DNA of 64,000 bases from NCBI GenBank assembly GCA_902793435.1, contig CADBDF010000001.1, forward strand, positions 69,131-133,130, written 5' to 3'. Both the position numbers and the translations under genes were made by a program. Each line of letters opens with the position of its first letter. Position 1 is the stretch's first letter. This DNA comes from an uncultured Pseudomonadota bacterium (lineage in GTDB: Bacteria > Pseudomonadota > Alphaproteobacteria > Rs-D84). The notes below the pieces were generated by a model. It made no database searches. It was not told the origin of the DNA and was given only the letters and a program-made list of their open reading frames with translations. Below are positions 55,467 through 64,000 of the stretch, piece by piece.

Positions 55467-57464
55467 GTGTTTGTGAATAAAAAAAGTGTTTTTAATCTTG
55501 AAAGTGATTATGCCCCAATGGGTGACCAGCCAACCGCAATACGTGAATTGGTAGATGGTGTCGAACATGGTAAAAAATCCCAGGTTTTGTTGGGTGTGAC
55601 GGGGTCTGGTAAAACTTTTACCATGGCAAATGTTATTGCGGAATTATCGCGACCGGCTTTGTTGATGGCGCCTAATAAAATTTTGGCGGCACAGTTATAT
55701 ACAGAAATGAAATCGTTTTTTCCGCATAATCATGTTGAATACTTTGTATCGTATTATGATTATTACCAACCTGAAGCGTATATTCCAACAACAGATACAT
55801 ATATTGATAAAGATGCCGCAATAAACGAACAACTTGATCGTATGCGTCACAGCGCAACACGAGCAATGTTGGAAGAACGCGATGTTATTGTTGTGTCATC
55901 GGTGTCTGCAATTTATGGTATGGGGTCGCCAGAACAATATTCGTCTATGCGGTTGGCATTAAATGTTGGGGATAAAATTAGTGTGGCTGATGTTGTTCGT
56001 TCTTTGGTTGATATTCAATATAAACGAAATGATGTCGCGCCAACACGTGGTGAATTCAGGGTGCGTGGTGATACGATTGATTTGTTCCCATCGCATTTGG
56101 CTGATTTGGGATGGAAAATTTCTTTTTGGGGTGATGAAATAGAAGAAATTTGGGAATTTGATACTTTGACAGGTGCCAAGTTGCATAAAATGGACAGGGC
56201 GGTTGTATATCCAAACACTCACTATGCAACACCGATGCCATCTGTATTACAGGCAATTAGTCAAATTCGTCAGGATTTAGATGAAAGATTACAATATTTC
56301 AAAGATAATATGAAGTATGTTGAAGAACAAAGGTTGCGCGAACGTGTGAATTTCGATATTGAAATGATGGAATCAACCGGAACATGTCGTGGTATTGAAA
56401 ATTATTCGCGGTATTTAACTGGACGGTTGCCAGGACAACCACCACCAACGCTGTTTGAATATTTACCAAAAGACGCGGTATTATTTATTGATGAAAGTCA
56501 TGTGACTGTTCCGCAAATAGGTGCGATGTCGCGTGGGGACAGGGCGCGTAAAGAAAATCTGTCGCATTATGGATTTCGGTTACCATCGTGCATAGATAAC
56601 AGACCTTTGACTTTTGATGAATGGGACGCTTTGCGACCACAAACGATTTTTGTTTCGGCGACACCTGCACAATGGGAGTTGGAACAATCGGGTGGTGTTG
56701 TCAGCGAACAAGTTATTAGACCCACAGGATTATTGGACCCAGTTTGTGAAGTTCGACCAATCGAACATCAGGTTGATGATTTATTGGGTGTGTTGAAAAA
56801 TATATCTGGGCGTGCGCTGGTGACGACATTAACAAAAAAAATGGCAGAGCAACTGACAGATTATTTAAATGAAAATGGTGTGCGCGCACGATATATGCAC
56901 AGTGATATTGATACATTGGAACGTATCGATTTGTTGCGTGATTTGAGATTGGGAAAATATGATGTGTTGGTTGGGATTAATTTGTTGCGCGAAGGGTTGG
57001 ATGTGCCAGAGTGTGAATTGGTTGCAATCATGGATGCTGATAAAGAAGGATTTTTGCGTTCAACGCGTTCTTTGATTCAAACAATTGGTCGTGCGGCTCG
57101 TAATGCAAATGGGCGGGTTATTTTGTATGCGGATAATATAACAGAATCTATGAATGAGGCTTTGACTGAAACCGCGCGTCGTCGTGAAATTCAAATGAAA
57201 TACAATGCTGAACATGGAATTGTTCCAAAAACAGTCACCAAGGCTGTGTTTGAAGAAGTCAAAGAATCAAATGAAAAGGTTGATAAAAAACGCAAATTTG
57301 TTTATAATAATGATGGTGTATGGGACGCGGCAAGTTTGAAAAAAGAAATTGCGGCACTTACAAAACGTATGAAAAAAGCGGCTGAAAATTTAGAGTTTGA
57401 AGAGGCGGCGGAAATTCGTGATACAATAAATAAAATGCAAGATGATTTGTTATTGCTGGAATAA
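55467..57464 (+). CDS. uvrB: excinuclease ABC subunit B
   Basis: GDQPTAIRELV, GVTGSGKTFT Walker A, DESH, helicase motif VI QTIGRAARN, and a C-terminal UVR domain EFEEAAEIRD. Confidence 0.95.
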   Translation: MFVNKKSVFNLESDYAPMGDQPTAIRELVDGVEHGKKSQVLLGVTGSGKTFTMANVIAELSRPALLMAPNKILAAQLYTEMKSFFPHNHVEYFVSYYDYYQPEAYIPTTDTYIDKDAAINEQLDRMRHSATRAMLEERDVIVVSSVSAIYGMGSPEQYSSMRLALNVGDKISVADVVRSLVDIQYKRNDVAPTRGEFRVRGDTIDLFPSHLADLGWKISFWGDEIEEIWEFDTLTGAKLHKMDRAVVYPNTHYATPMPSVLQAISQIRQDLDERLQYFKDNMKYVEEQRLRERVNFDIEMMESTGTCRGIENYSRYLTGRLPGQPPPTLFEYLPKDAVLFIDESHVTVPQIGAMSRGDRARKENLSHYGFRLPSCIDNRPLTFDEWDALRPQTIFVSATPAQWELEQSGGVVSEQVIRPTGLLDPVCEVRPIEHQVDDLLGVLKNISGRALVTTLTKKMAEQLTDYLNENGVRARYMHSDIDTLERIDLLRDLRLGKYDVLVGINLLREGLDVPECELVAIMDADKEGFLRSTRSLIQTIGRAARNANGRVILYADNITESMNEALTETARRREIQMKYNAEHGIVPKTVTKAVFEEVKESNEKVDKKRKFVYNNDGVWDAASLKKEIAALTKRMKKAAENLEFEEAAEIRDTINKMQDDLLLLE

Positions 57465-57476
57465 AAAGGTTTTTAT

Positions 57477-57893
57477 ATGCAAGAAGAAGTTATATTACCT
57501 GATTTAGATGCTACACATAAATGGGCGCGTGAGTTTGCAAAAAAATTACATGCACCTGTGACTGTTGCTTTGCATGGTGATTTGGGTATGGGAAAAAGTG
57601 AAATTGCGCGAACAATTATTAAAACGTTGCGTGGTGAAAATACAGTGGTGCCAAGTCCTACTTTTACCATTGTGCAAAGTTATGATGGAATTTCTCATTT
57701 TGATTTATACAGAATTACGGACGCAAGTGAATTGGTCGAGGTTGGTTTGCCATATGCGGTGCAACATGATATTACTTTGATAGAGTGGCCAGATGTTGCA
57801 ATGGGATTGTTGCCCAAAGATACTATTCATATTTATATTTCATCGTGTGGTGCAGATTGCTGTAATGGCGGACGCAAAATAGAAATCAAATAA
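57477..57893 (+). CDS. tsaE: tRNA t6A biosynthesis protein TsaE
   Basis: LHGDLGMGKSEIARTII P-loop, VPSPTFTIVQSY and HFDLYR motifs. 138 aa. Confidence 0.85.
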   Translation: MQEEVILPDLDATHKWAREFAKKLHAPVTVALHGDLGMGKSEIARTIIKTLRGENTVVPSPTFTIVQSYDGISHFDLYRITDASELVEVGLPYAVQHDITLIEWPDVAMGLLPKDTIHIYISSCGADCCNGGRKIEIK

Positions 57894-59672
57894 TTAGTTT
57901 TGTTTTTTTAATAAACTTTGGACCGCCATTGTGAAATCAGGGGCAGATGCCAGGTAAGAACCGCTGACCAAGAAATCTGCACCGGCGGCCCAACATTTTT
58001 GTGCGGTTATGTCGTTTATTCCGCCATCAACCGATATTATATATTTTAATCCATGTTTTTTGCGGGTTATTGATAAAGCAGAAATTTTCTGCAAAACATT
58101 TGTATCAAATTTTTGTCCCGCGGCACCAGGCGCAACAGCCATTATTAAAAATTCATCAACATCACGTAAATATTTTGCCATTTCACCAATTGGTGTGTCT
58201 GGGTTAATTGCGATTGCAGCGCGACGACCGGTTGCACGTATTTCGCGTAATGCCGATAATACCCCCGGTGTATTACATTCTAAGATTATTGTATCTGCGC
58301 CGGCACGAATTGCATTTGCAGCCCAAACAGATGGGTTTTGAACCATTAAATGAACATGTAAATGTGCGTGTGTGTTTGCACGAATTGTTTTTAATTCTGG
58401 GATTCCACCAGCAATTTTATCAACGTACAATCCGTCCATTATATCAACATGAATTGTTGTTATTCCCGCAGATTCAAACAGTTTATATGTTGATGTGCTG
58501 AACATATTAAAACACAATGTTGATGGGGCAATGGGAATAAATTTTGGTTTTTGTTTTTTTGGTTTTTTGATAAAAATTTTTTTAATTTTGTTTATGATTG
58601 CTGTGCGGCGTTCTTGTTTCTCCAAATATAATTTGCGTTCTGGTTCCTGGGCTTTCCAAATGTAGTTTGATAGGGCAGTGATTGTTGCGTCGGCATGGTA
58701 ATTTTCAATCGGTAATCCAAATGCATTTCCAACAAAATCAACAACACCGGTTATTGCGGTCCCACCACCGCTGATTATTATTTTTGTAGGCATAAATTCG
58801 TTTATTGGTGTAATGCATAAATCTTTTAATTTTCCAATTATATCAACCACAGTTGGAACAACAATGTCATTTACATCGCCACGTGAAAAATCGTATGCAG
58901 TATCAGCAGGCGCCAATCTGTCCATGGCGCGCGGAATTAATGTTGCAACCATGCGTTTTATTCTTTCGGCTTCGTCAAAATCTATGTGTAATCCGTCCAT
59001 TAATTTCATTGTGACATTTGACATGCCGGCTGGTAATTTTTCATACCAACATACACCGTTGTCGTTCCATATTGAACAAGATGTAAATTCAGCACCCATA
59101 TCAACAAATAATATGGTTTGACCAGATTTGCGTAATGTCATATTTTGAACATATCCAGGGTCAAATAATCCGTTATATTGAATATGTGCCTTGTTCAAAA
59201 TTGATACAATTTCAGCCAATCTGTCGTTTTCATAACATATAACACCAAATGTGGAAACCAATGCTCTGTCAATAGAGCCCACAGGATTTGCGATTTTGCG
59301 TATTGTTGGAATATCATATTGGATTGGTATTAAATGAATTCCGGTGTATCCATCAGGTGTATGTATTTTTGAAATCTGGGTGCGAATATCGGCGTCTGTG
59401 ATTTTGTGTTCGGTGTTCCATACGGTTGTTTGTGGTTGGCGCAAAAAAATAGATTTTCCAAAATTTCCAGTCACATATGCGTTTTCAAAATGTGCGCCCA
59501 GTTCGTGTTCCAGTTTATCAACAACAACACGAACAGCAAATTCTGGATTAAAACTGTCGCACATGGCGGTTGCGGATTTTGCAATTTTTCCAGAACATAC
59601 ATGATGTGCAATTCCACGAACGCAACTGGTCCCGATATCAAGGCATAAAAAACAAGAATCAAACATATTCAT
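57894..59672 (-). CDS. ftsA: FtsA-like cell division protein fused to a complete ribulose-phosphate 3-epimerase domain
   Basis: The N-terminal ~385 aa is a divergent actin-like FtsA (LDIGTSCVRG, FVDMGAEFTS, IISGGGTAITG) and ends in a basic amphipathic stretch AIINKIKKIFIKKPKK. The C-terminal ~215 aa carries Rpe motifs IAPS, HVDIMDG, HVHLMV, NPDTP, MAVAPGAAGQKF, SVDGGI and GADFLVSGS. It is one uninterrupted frame. The start is likely ATG 59672 or 59666, because the ORF-track start at 59714 overlaps ftsQ. Confidence 0.75.
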   Translation of the reverse strand: MNMFDSCFLCLDIGTSCVRGIAHHVCSGKIAKSATAMCDSFNPEFAVRVVVDKLEHELGAHFENAYVTGNFGKSIFLRQPQTTVWNTEHKITDADIRTQISKIHTPDGYTGIHLIPIQYDIPTIRKIANPVGSIDRALVSTFGVICYENDRLAEIVSILNKAHIQYNGLFDPGYVQNMTLRKSGQTILFVDMGAEFTSCSIWNDNGVCWYEKLPAGMSNVTMKLMDGLHIDFDEAERIKRMVATLIPRAMDRLAPADTAYDFSRGDVNDIVVPTVVDIIGKLKDLCITPINEFMPTKIIISGGGTAITGVVDFVGNAFGLPIENYHADATITALSNYIWKAQEPERKLYLEKQERRTAIINKIKKIFIKKPKKQKPKFIPIAPSTLCFNMFSTSTYKLFESAGITTIHVDIMDGLYVDKIAGGIPELKTIRANTHAHLHVHLMVQNPSVWAANAIRAGADTIILECNTPGVLSALREIRATGRRAAIAINPDTPIGEMAKYLRDVDEFLIMAVAPGAAGQKFDTNVLQKISALSITRKKHGLKYIISVDGGINDITAQKCWAAGADFLVSGSYLASAPDFTMAVQSLLKKQN

Positions 59673-59676
59673 TTTT

Positions 59677-60372
59677 TTATTTAACCAATATTCGTGATGC
59701 ATCGCGCATATCAATTACGGTTATGTCGCGATTTAATATATTATGATTTTTATTTATTGTTATTAAATTGGCAATCGCATGTGCAAAGTCGTCTTCGGGT
59801 AATTTAACCGTAATGCCGGTATTTGTTTGTATATTCCAACGACGATTTTCAATGCGTTCAATATAATCAATATCAGCCGCCATGTCGTTTGCGGCATTTG
59901 TAATTTCTGTTAAATCCATACCTTCGGGAATATAACCGCGAAACAGTAATGCGGATTCAGGACGTTCGGTGGTTGGGTTTTGAACGATTTTTCCGTCATC
60001 GGACACTGGAAAATAATATTCACCATCGGTCCATGCCGCTACAACATGATAATATGATACGCGCGCGCGAATAGTGCTGTTTGGTAATTTGCGAACCGCG
60101 GCATCGCGAACATTTGGAATTGCCTTTAAATTAGCAGTCAAAGAATCCAGGTCTATGGAATAAAATGGTGTGCTTTTTGGGATTGATACCGCGCCAACCA
60201 ATGCGGTCATATCTTTGTTTTCAACATCGGCGGTAAAAGATATTTTATGCACATGTGCCAAATCGCCATGTCCCAAACCAATCATAATTGTACGCGATAC
60301 AAAGTATATCGCCAATATAATGGCGGCACAGAAAGATAACCAAAACCAGATTGAACGCCTCATGTTTGGCAT
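59677..60372 (-). CDS. ftsQ: cell division protein FtsQ (by position and topology)
   Basis: 231 aa. Short cytoplasmic tail, one TM segment (IWFWLSFCAAIILAIYFV), and a periplasmic POTRA-like domain. Immediately upstream of ftsA. Confidence 0.6.
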   Translation of the reverse strand: MPNMRRSIWFWLSFCAAIILAIYFVSRTIMIGLGHGDLAHVHKISFTADVENKDMTALVGAVSIPKSTPFYSIDLDSLTANLKAIPNVRDAAVRKLPNSTIRARVSYYHVVAAWTDGEYYFPVSDDGKIVQNPTTERPESALLFRGYIPEGMDLTEITNAANDMAADIDYIERIENRRWNIQTNTGITVKLPEDDFAHAIANLITINKNHNILNRDITVIDMRDASRILVK

Positions 60373-60417
60373 TATAGCATATTTTTTATGAATAAAAAAG
60401 GGGGTAAAAAAATATTT

Positions 60418-60798
60418 TTATATCGCACGCAATAAGTATCCGCGACGCATCATACAACGGCGATAGGCACCAACGGTTTTAGATGCCTGGTTGCGTGGAA
60501 CAGACATTAATGCGCGTTGTCCAACATCCCTGTATTCGTTTGATTGAAATGTGACCCAAATTCCGTCCCAATCTGGCATTTGGTCATTTTGGTTTGGTGA
60601 TAACAGGCGCGCAATACGCGAACGTGGTGTATAATTGTTTGTTTTTAATCCCAGACAAGATTTGTGGTCGCGAACAAATTGTTCGGTTGTGACGGCATCG
60701 TTTTCCCAATTTAAAATTGTTGCGTCGTCGATATTGCCACGATTTGCCGATGCACATGATGTTAAAGCCAATAATAATGCCAGGTATTTGATTTTCAT
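60418..60798 (-). CDS. small lipoprotein, unknown function
   Basis: MKIKYLALLLALTSCAS lipobox. 126 aa. Confidence 0.5.
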   Translation of the reverse strand: MKIKYLALLLALTSCASANRGNIDDATILNWENDAVTTEQFVRDHKSCLGLKTNNYTPRSRIARLLSPNQNDQMPDWDGIWVTFQSNEYRDVGQRALMSVPRNQASKTVGAYRRCMMRRGYLLRAI

Positions 60799-60872
60799 GT
60801 TTTATATTATAAAACATTTGCGTTAGGGTGGCAATAGTTTTTATAATGAAAAAAAGAGGAAGGGAACAAGTT

Positions 60873-61193
60873 ATGGCAATATCTGTTCAAAATTTTATCA
60901 AGTTGGCTAATTTTTATAACCAAATGTTGGTGACTATGTCTGCAATTTGTGTGGAAAAGGGCGGAATAGCAATGGAAAATTATGTTGGTCGATTCTTTGT
61001 CGCAGATACATTGGAATATATTTTGGAATATGCGCGTCGATTAGAACAGGCGGGGCCTGTGCCAAATGATGTTGCGCGTGTGATAAAGGTGTTTCAAGAA
61101 AAGTTTGAAGGTATGAAGGATTTAGTCACACCAACAGAAAAACCGATTTATGAAATGACATTGGAAGAATTTGAAAAAATTATGAACATATAA
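60873..61193 (+). CDS. hypothetical protein upstream of the secretin-like gene
   Basis: Start chosen at ATG 60873, after GGAAGGGA and downstream of a TATAAT at 60842. The ORF-track GTG is at 60828. 106 aa with no motif. Confidence 0.4.
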   Translation: MAISVQNFIKLANFYNQMLVTMSAICVEKGGIAMENYVGRFFVADTLEYILEYARRLEQAGPVPNDVARVIKVFQEKFEGMKDLVTPTEKPIYEMTLEEFEKIMNI

Positions 61194-61224
61194 TATGTTA
61201 TAAAACAAGAAATGGAGAAATAAT

Positions 61225-62538
61225 ATGAAACGTTTTTTATTGTATGCTTTGGCTGTCGTTATATGTGCGGGGTGTCAAAACGCAAAAAATGTTCCACAAT
61301 ATGAAACAGTCCAGGTTGTTGAAAATATGGTCATAGATGAAAAGTCTGTGCCAATATTTCCAAAAAAAGCCGCTTTGACTACGGATACGGCGCAAAGATT
61401 TTCTGTGGAATTGCCTATGCGTTGCACTGTTGATTGGAATAATCAATCTGTTGTGTCGGTTGTGCCGGCTGAAAAAATTGAAATTGTGCGATTGGGATTG
61501 GGTGATGCGTTGCCAGAATTGACTGTCAGTGAATATAAGTTCAAAGATGTGACTGTGGCGGCGGCGTTAAATAAATTGTTGGACGGAACAGATGTGTCCG
61601 TTGTTGCAGATGAACAGTTGGTTGAAAAAATATCTGGCGAGGTTCAATCTGGCAGTTTGGCGGATACGGTTGATTTGATTGCGAAAATGGGACGCGCATA
61701 TTATTCGTATGATGCGGTGACGGCAGAAATTCATTTGCAACATCGCGCAAAATGGATGATTAAAATGCCAAAAGATGAATCTATAATTATGGCTTTGTTG
61801 GACGCGATGCATGGTGCGGATGTGCGGAATTTGTTGGTAAATTGGCAAGATAAAACCGTCGTGTTCGAAGGTGATGCGCAAACAGAACGCGAAGTATCCA
61901 GAATTATTGCGGATATTGCGTCTAAAAAATATATGATTGCATGGGATATGGACGTGTATCGTGTTTATCCAAAGACAGATAATCCAATTATATGGATGAA
62001 TTTGTTGCCTGCGTTTGGAAAAAATAATATTAAAATGTCTATACCGGGTGTTGTTGGTCGTGCGTTGGTTGTGGGGCCAGAAATAAATACAAAAACTTTG
62101 CAGGAATTTTTGGCGCAACAATCAAATGTTGTATTGATTTCACAAGGGACTTTTTCGATTCCAAATGGTTGGCAGTCACGATTTGATATCGGTCAATGCA
62201 GTAAAGAAGACAGATTGGAAACAGATTTAGTGATTGGGGCAACTGGTCGTTATGGTGATTATGGCGGTTATCAAAAAATAGATGCCAAAATAGTTTTAAC
62301 AACAAAGTATGGTGAATTGACTTCATTTAATATACCGTCCAGTGTTGGTGATAATTATGTGATTGTTGGTATTCCTACGCATTCTTTTGTGACAACCCCA
62401 GAAACATTGATTAGTCCTTTTGCAGAATTGGTTGTGTTTATGTCACCGCGGTTGGTGTCGATTGTTGATGATGTTAAACCAAAATCTGGTGAAGCATTAT
62501 TGGTTGGTGACGATGTGCGTGAGTTGTTAAATAATTAA
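61225..62538 (+). CDS. secretin-like outer-membrane lipoprotein (type IVb pilus PilN/BfpB-like, tentative)
   Basis: Lipobox VICAGCQ. The C-terminal ...VGDNYVIVGIPT...SPFAELVVFMSPRLVSI resembles the secretin C-domain end (G....viGG.....eLlifitPriv). At 437 aa it is shorter than R64 PilN. Confidence 0.42.
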   Translation: MKRFLLYALAVVICAGCQNAKNVPQYETVQVVENMVIDEKSVPIFPKKAALTTDTAQRFSVELPMRCTVDWNNQSVVSVVPAEKIEIVRLGLGDALPELTVSEYKFKDVTVAAALNKLLDGTDVSVVADEQLVEKISGEVQSGSLADTVDLIAKMGRAYYSYDAVTAEIHLQHRAKWMIKMPKDESIIMALLDAMHGADVRNLLVNWQDKTVVFEGDAQTEREVSRIIADIASKKYMIAWDMDVYRVYPKTDNPIIWMNLLPAFGKNNIKMSIPGVVGRALVVGPEINTKTLQEFLAQQSNVVLISQGTFSIPNGWQSRFDIGQCSKEDRLETDLVIGATGRYGDYGGYQKIDAKIVLTTKYGELTSFNIPSSVGDNYVIVGIPTHSFVTTPETLISPFAELVVFMSPRLVSIVDDVKPKSGEALLVGDDVRELLNN

Positions 62539-62549
62539 AGGAATTTTGT

Positions 62550-63806
62550 ATGTTGTTTTCAAATTTAGAAAAAAAAGTTGCCTTTCGTTATTTGCGTGCA
62601 AAAAAGCGCGGTTTTGGTTCGGTGGTGTCGTGGGTGTCGCTGATAGGTATTATGTTAGGCGTGGCAACCTTGATTGTTGTTATGTCGGTTATGGGTGGCT
62701 TTCATGATGTTTTGTTGGGACGTATTATTGGTATGAACGGGCATATTGTTGTTCAACACCAAGATGGACCGATTGCCGATTATGATTATTTAATAGACAA
62801 AATTAAACAAAATAAAATTGTTGATGCAAACGCAGTGTCTGTGGTTCCAATTATCGAAGGTCAGGTTATGGTGACGCATGATGGACGCAATTCTGGGGCG
62901 ATGATTCGTGGAATAAATATGCCAGATTTGATTTCTAAAACAACCGGCGGAACACGTTTTTATGGTAAAGATTTAGCGGCTATTAAAGATGGTGAATTGG
63001 TTATGGGTGCAACTTTGTCGCGTAATTTGGGTGTTGCGCTGGGTGATGATGTGTCTTTGGTTTCGGCGAATAATTCAACCCCAACACCATTTGGTTCAAT
63101 GCCACGTATTGTTTCGTATCCTGTGAAAAATTCTTTCTTTATGGGTATGTATGAATATGATTCTGGGTATATATTTATGCCGATTTCCACCGCGCAAAAA
63201 TATTTGAATATTGGAAAGTCTGTCACGCATATCGATATATTTTTAAAAAATGCAGAAAATACAACCGCGGTGCGTGATGCGTTGGTGCGGTTGTTGCCAG
63301 ACGGTTTTATTGTGCGTGATTGGCGTGATTTAAATCGTGGATTTGTTGGTGCATTACAGGTCGAATCAAATGTGATGTTTTTGATTTTGATGCTGATAAT
63401 TATTGTTGCGGTATTTAATATTGTGTCTTCGTTGGTTATGTTGGTGCAAGATAAAGCCAAAGATATTGCGGTTTTGCGGACTTTTGGTGTGTCGCGCAAA
63501 TCTATGATGCGTATATTTGTTTTGTCGGGAACAACAATTGGTGTGATTGGTTCTGCGGCTGGAACATTGTTGGGAACATTGATTGCGATTTATATTGAAC
63601 CAATACGTAAGTTTTTACAATGGGCCACAGGGCGCGATTTGTTTCCTGCGGAATTGTATTATCTATCTGAATTACCATCGCGTGTAGAATTTTGGACTGT
63701 GTTTGGAATTGCGTTTATTGCGATATTGTTGGCTTTTTTGGCAACATTATATCCAGCATGGAAGGCGGCAAATACTGACCCTGTGGAGGTGTTAAGAAAT
63801 GAATAA
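62550..63806 (+). CDS. lipoprotein-releasing ABC transporter permease LolC/LolE
   Basis: AFRYLRAKKRGFGSVVSWVSLIGIMLGVATLIVVMSVMGGF N-terminus, a large periplasmic loop, and a C-terminal FtsX-type 3-TM domain. 418 aa. Confidence 0.85.
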   Translation: MLFSNLEKKVAFRYLRAKKRGFGSVVSWVSLIGIMLGVATLIVVMSVMGGFHDVLLGRIIGMNGHIVVQHQDGPIADYDYLIDKIKQNKIVDANAVSVVPIIEGQVMVTHDGRNSGAMIRGINMPDLISKTTGGTRFYGKDLAAIKDGELVMGATLSRNLGVALGDDVSLVSANNSTPTPFGSMPRIVSYPVKNSFFMGMYEYDSGYIFMPISTAQKYLNIGKSVTHIDIFLKNAENTTAVRDALVRLLPDGFIVRDWRDLNRGFVGALQVESNVMFLILMLIIIVAVFNIVSSLVMLVQDKAKDIAVLRTFGVSRKSMMRIFVLSGTTIGVIGSAAGTLLGTLIAIYIEPIRKFLQWATGRDLFPAELYYLSELPSRVEFWTVFGIAFIAILLAFLATLYPAWKAANTDPVEVLRNE

Positions 63807-64000
63807 AGATTATCAAATGAATTTAATAAATCTGGTGACGCGTATGAATTACGGTCACGAGGGTTGGCAATCCAGTGCCGAAGATTTACAAAATGATTTA
63901 AGTAAAAAAGGCGTTAATGATTTCAAAGTTTATCACAGGTATAAATTACCTGATGATATGTCACCTGTATCTTATATGGTAAAAAACGCACTGAATTGGT
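63800..64000 (+). CDS. partial ORF running off the window (not LolD-like)
   Basis: The ATG at 63800 overlaps the lolC/E stop. MNKDYQMNLINLVTRMNYGHEGWQSS... is open to the window end. No P-loop, so it is not the expected lolD. Confidence 0.3.

Overview
This is an AT-rich (roughly 35-38% GC by eye), gene-dense bacterial chromosome segment. Most of it is housekeeping. I could not run any searches, so every protein name rests on motifs I could read in the translations plus gene order.

Housekeeping content:
- Fatty acid, tRNA modification and base-excision repair: queH, fabD, fabG, mnmG, nth, ung.
- Translation: type-2 ileS, the rpmI-rplT-pheS-pheT block, aspS, a type-B rpmJ that is missing from the ORF track, and tsaE.
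- Cell shape and division: mreC-mreD-mrdA-rodA, then ftsQ and an ftsA-like gene.
- DNA transactions: topA-dnaG, gyrB, uvrB. Also ychF.
- Envelope: a DUF374 gene with lpxK and lpxC, lolC/E, an AsmA-like protein, a PagL-like protein and two small beta-barrel outer-membrane proteins.
- Four tRNAs: Thr-CGU, fMet, Thr-GGU and Met/Ile2-CAU.

The gene set fits a reduced-genome Gram-negative bacterium, possibly an alphaproteobacterial or Rickettsiales/Holosporales-like intracellular organism. Taxonomy cannot be proven from this window.

Accessory and unusual content:
1. A virB3-virB4 pair is translationally coupled to an HExxH secreted protein and a YjbR-family protein, downstream of iteron-like repeats.
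2. A four-gene type IVb-pilus-like module resembles R64/PAPI-1 PilO-PilP-PilQ-PilR. It has no pilin or prepilin peptidase nearby, and a secretin-like lipoprotein lies 21 kb away.
3. A structured leader RNA with a terminator/antiterminator layout occurs twice, with compensatory base changes between the copies.
4. A T-box-like antiterminator with an Asp-compatible bulge sits upstream of aspS.
5. The ftsA reading frame runs into a complete ribulose-phosphate 3-epimerase domain.
6. Both Met-type tRNA genes are followed by duplicated copies of their own 3' ends, which look like scars of integrated elements.
7. A 1.8 kb cassette is flanked by ~165 bp direct repeats and lies next to a RusA-like gene.

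I found no rRNA genes, CRISPR arrays, transposases or integrases.
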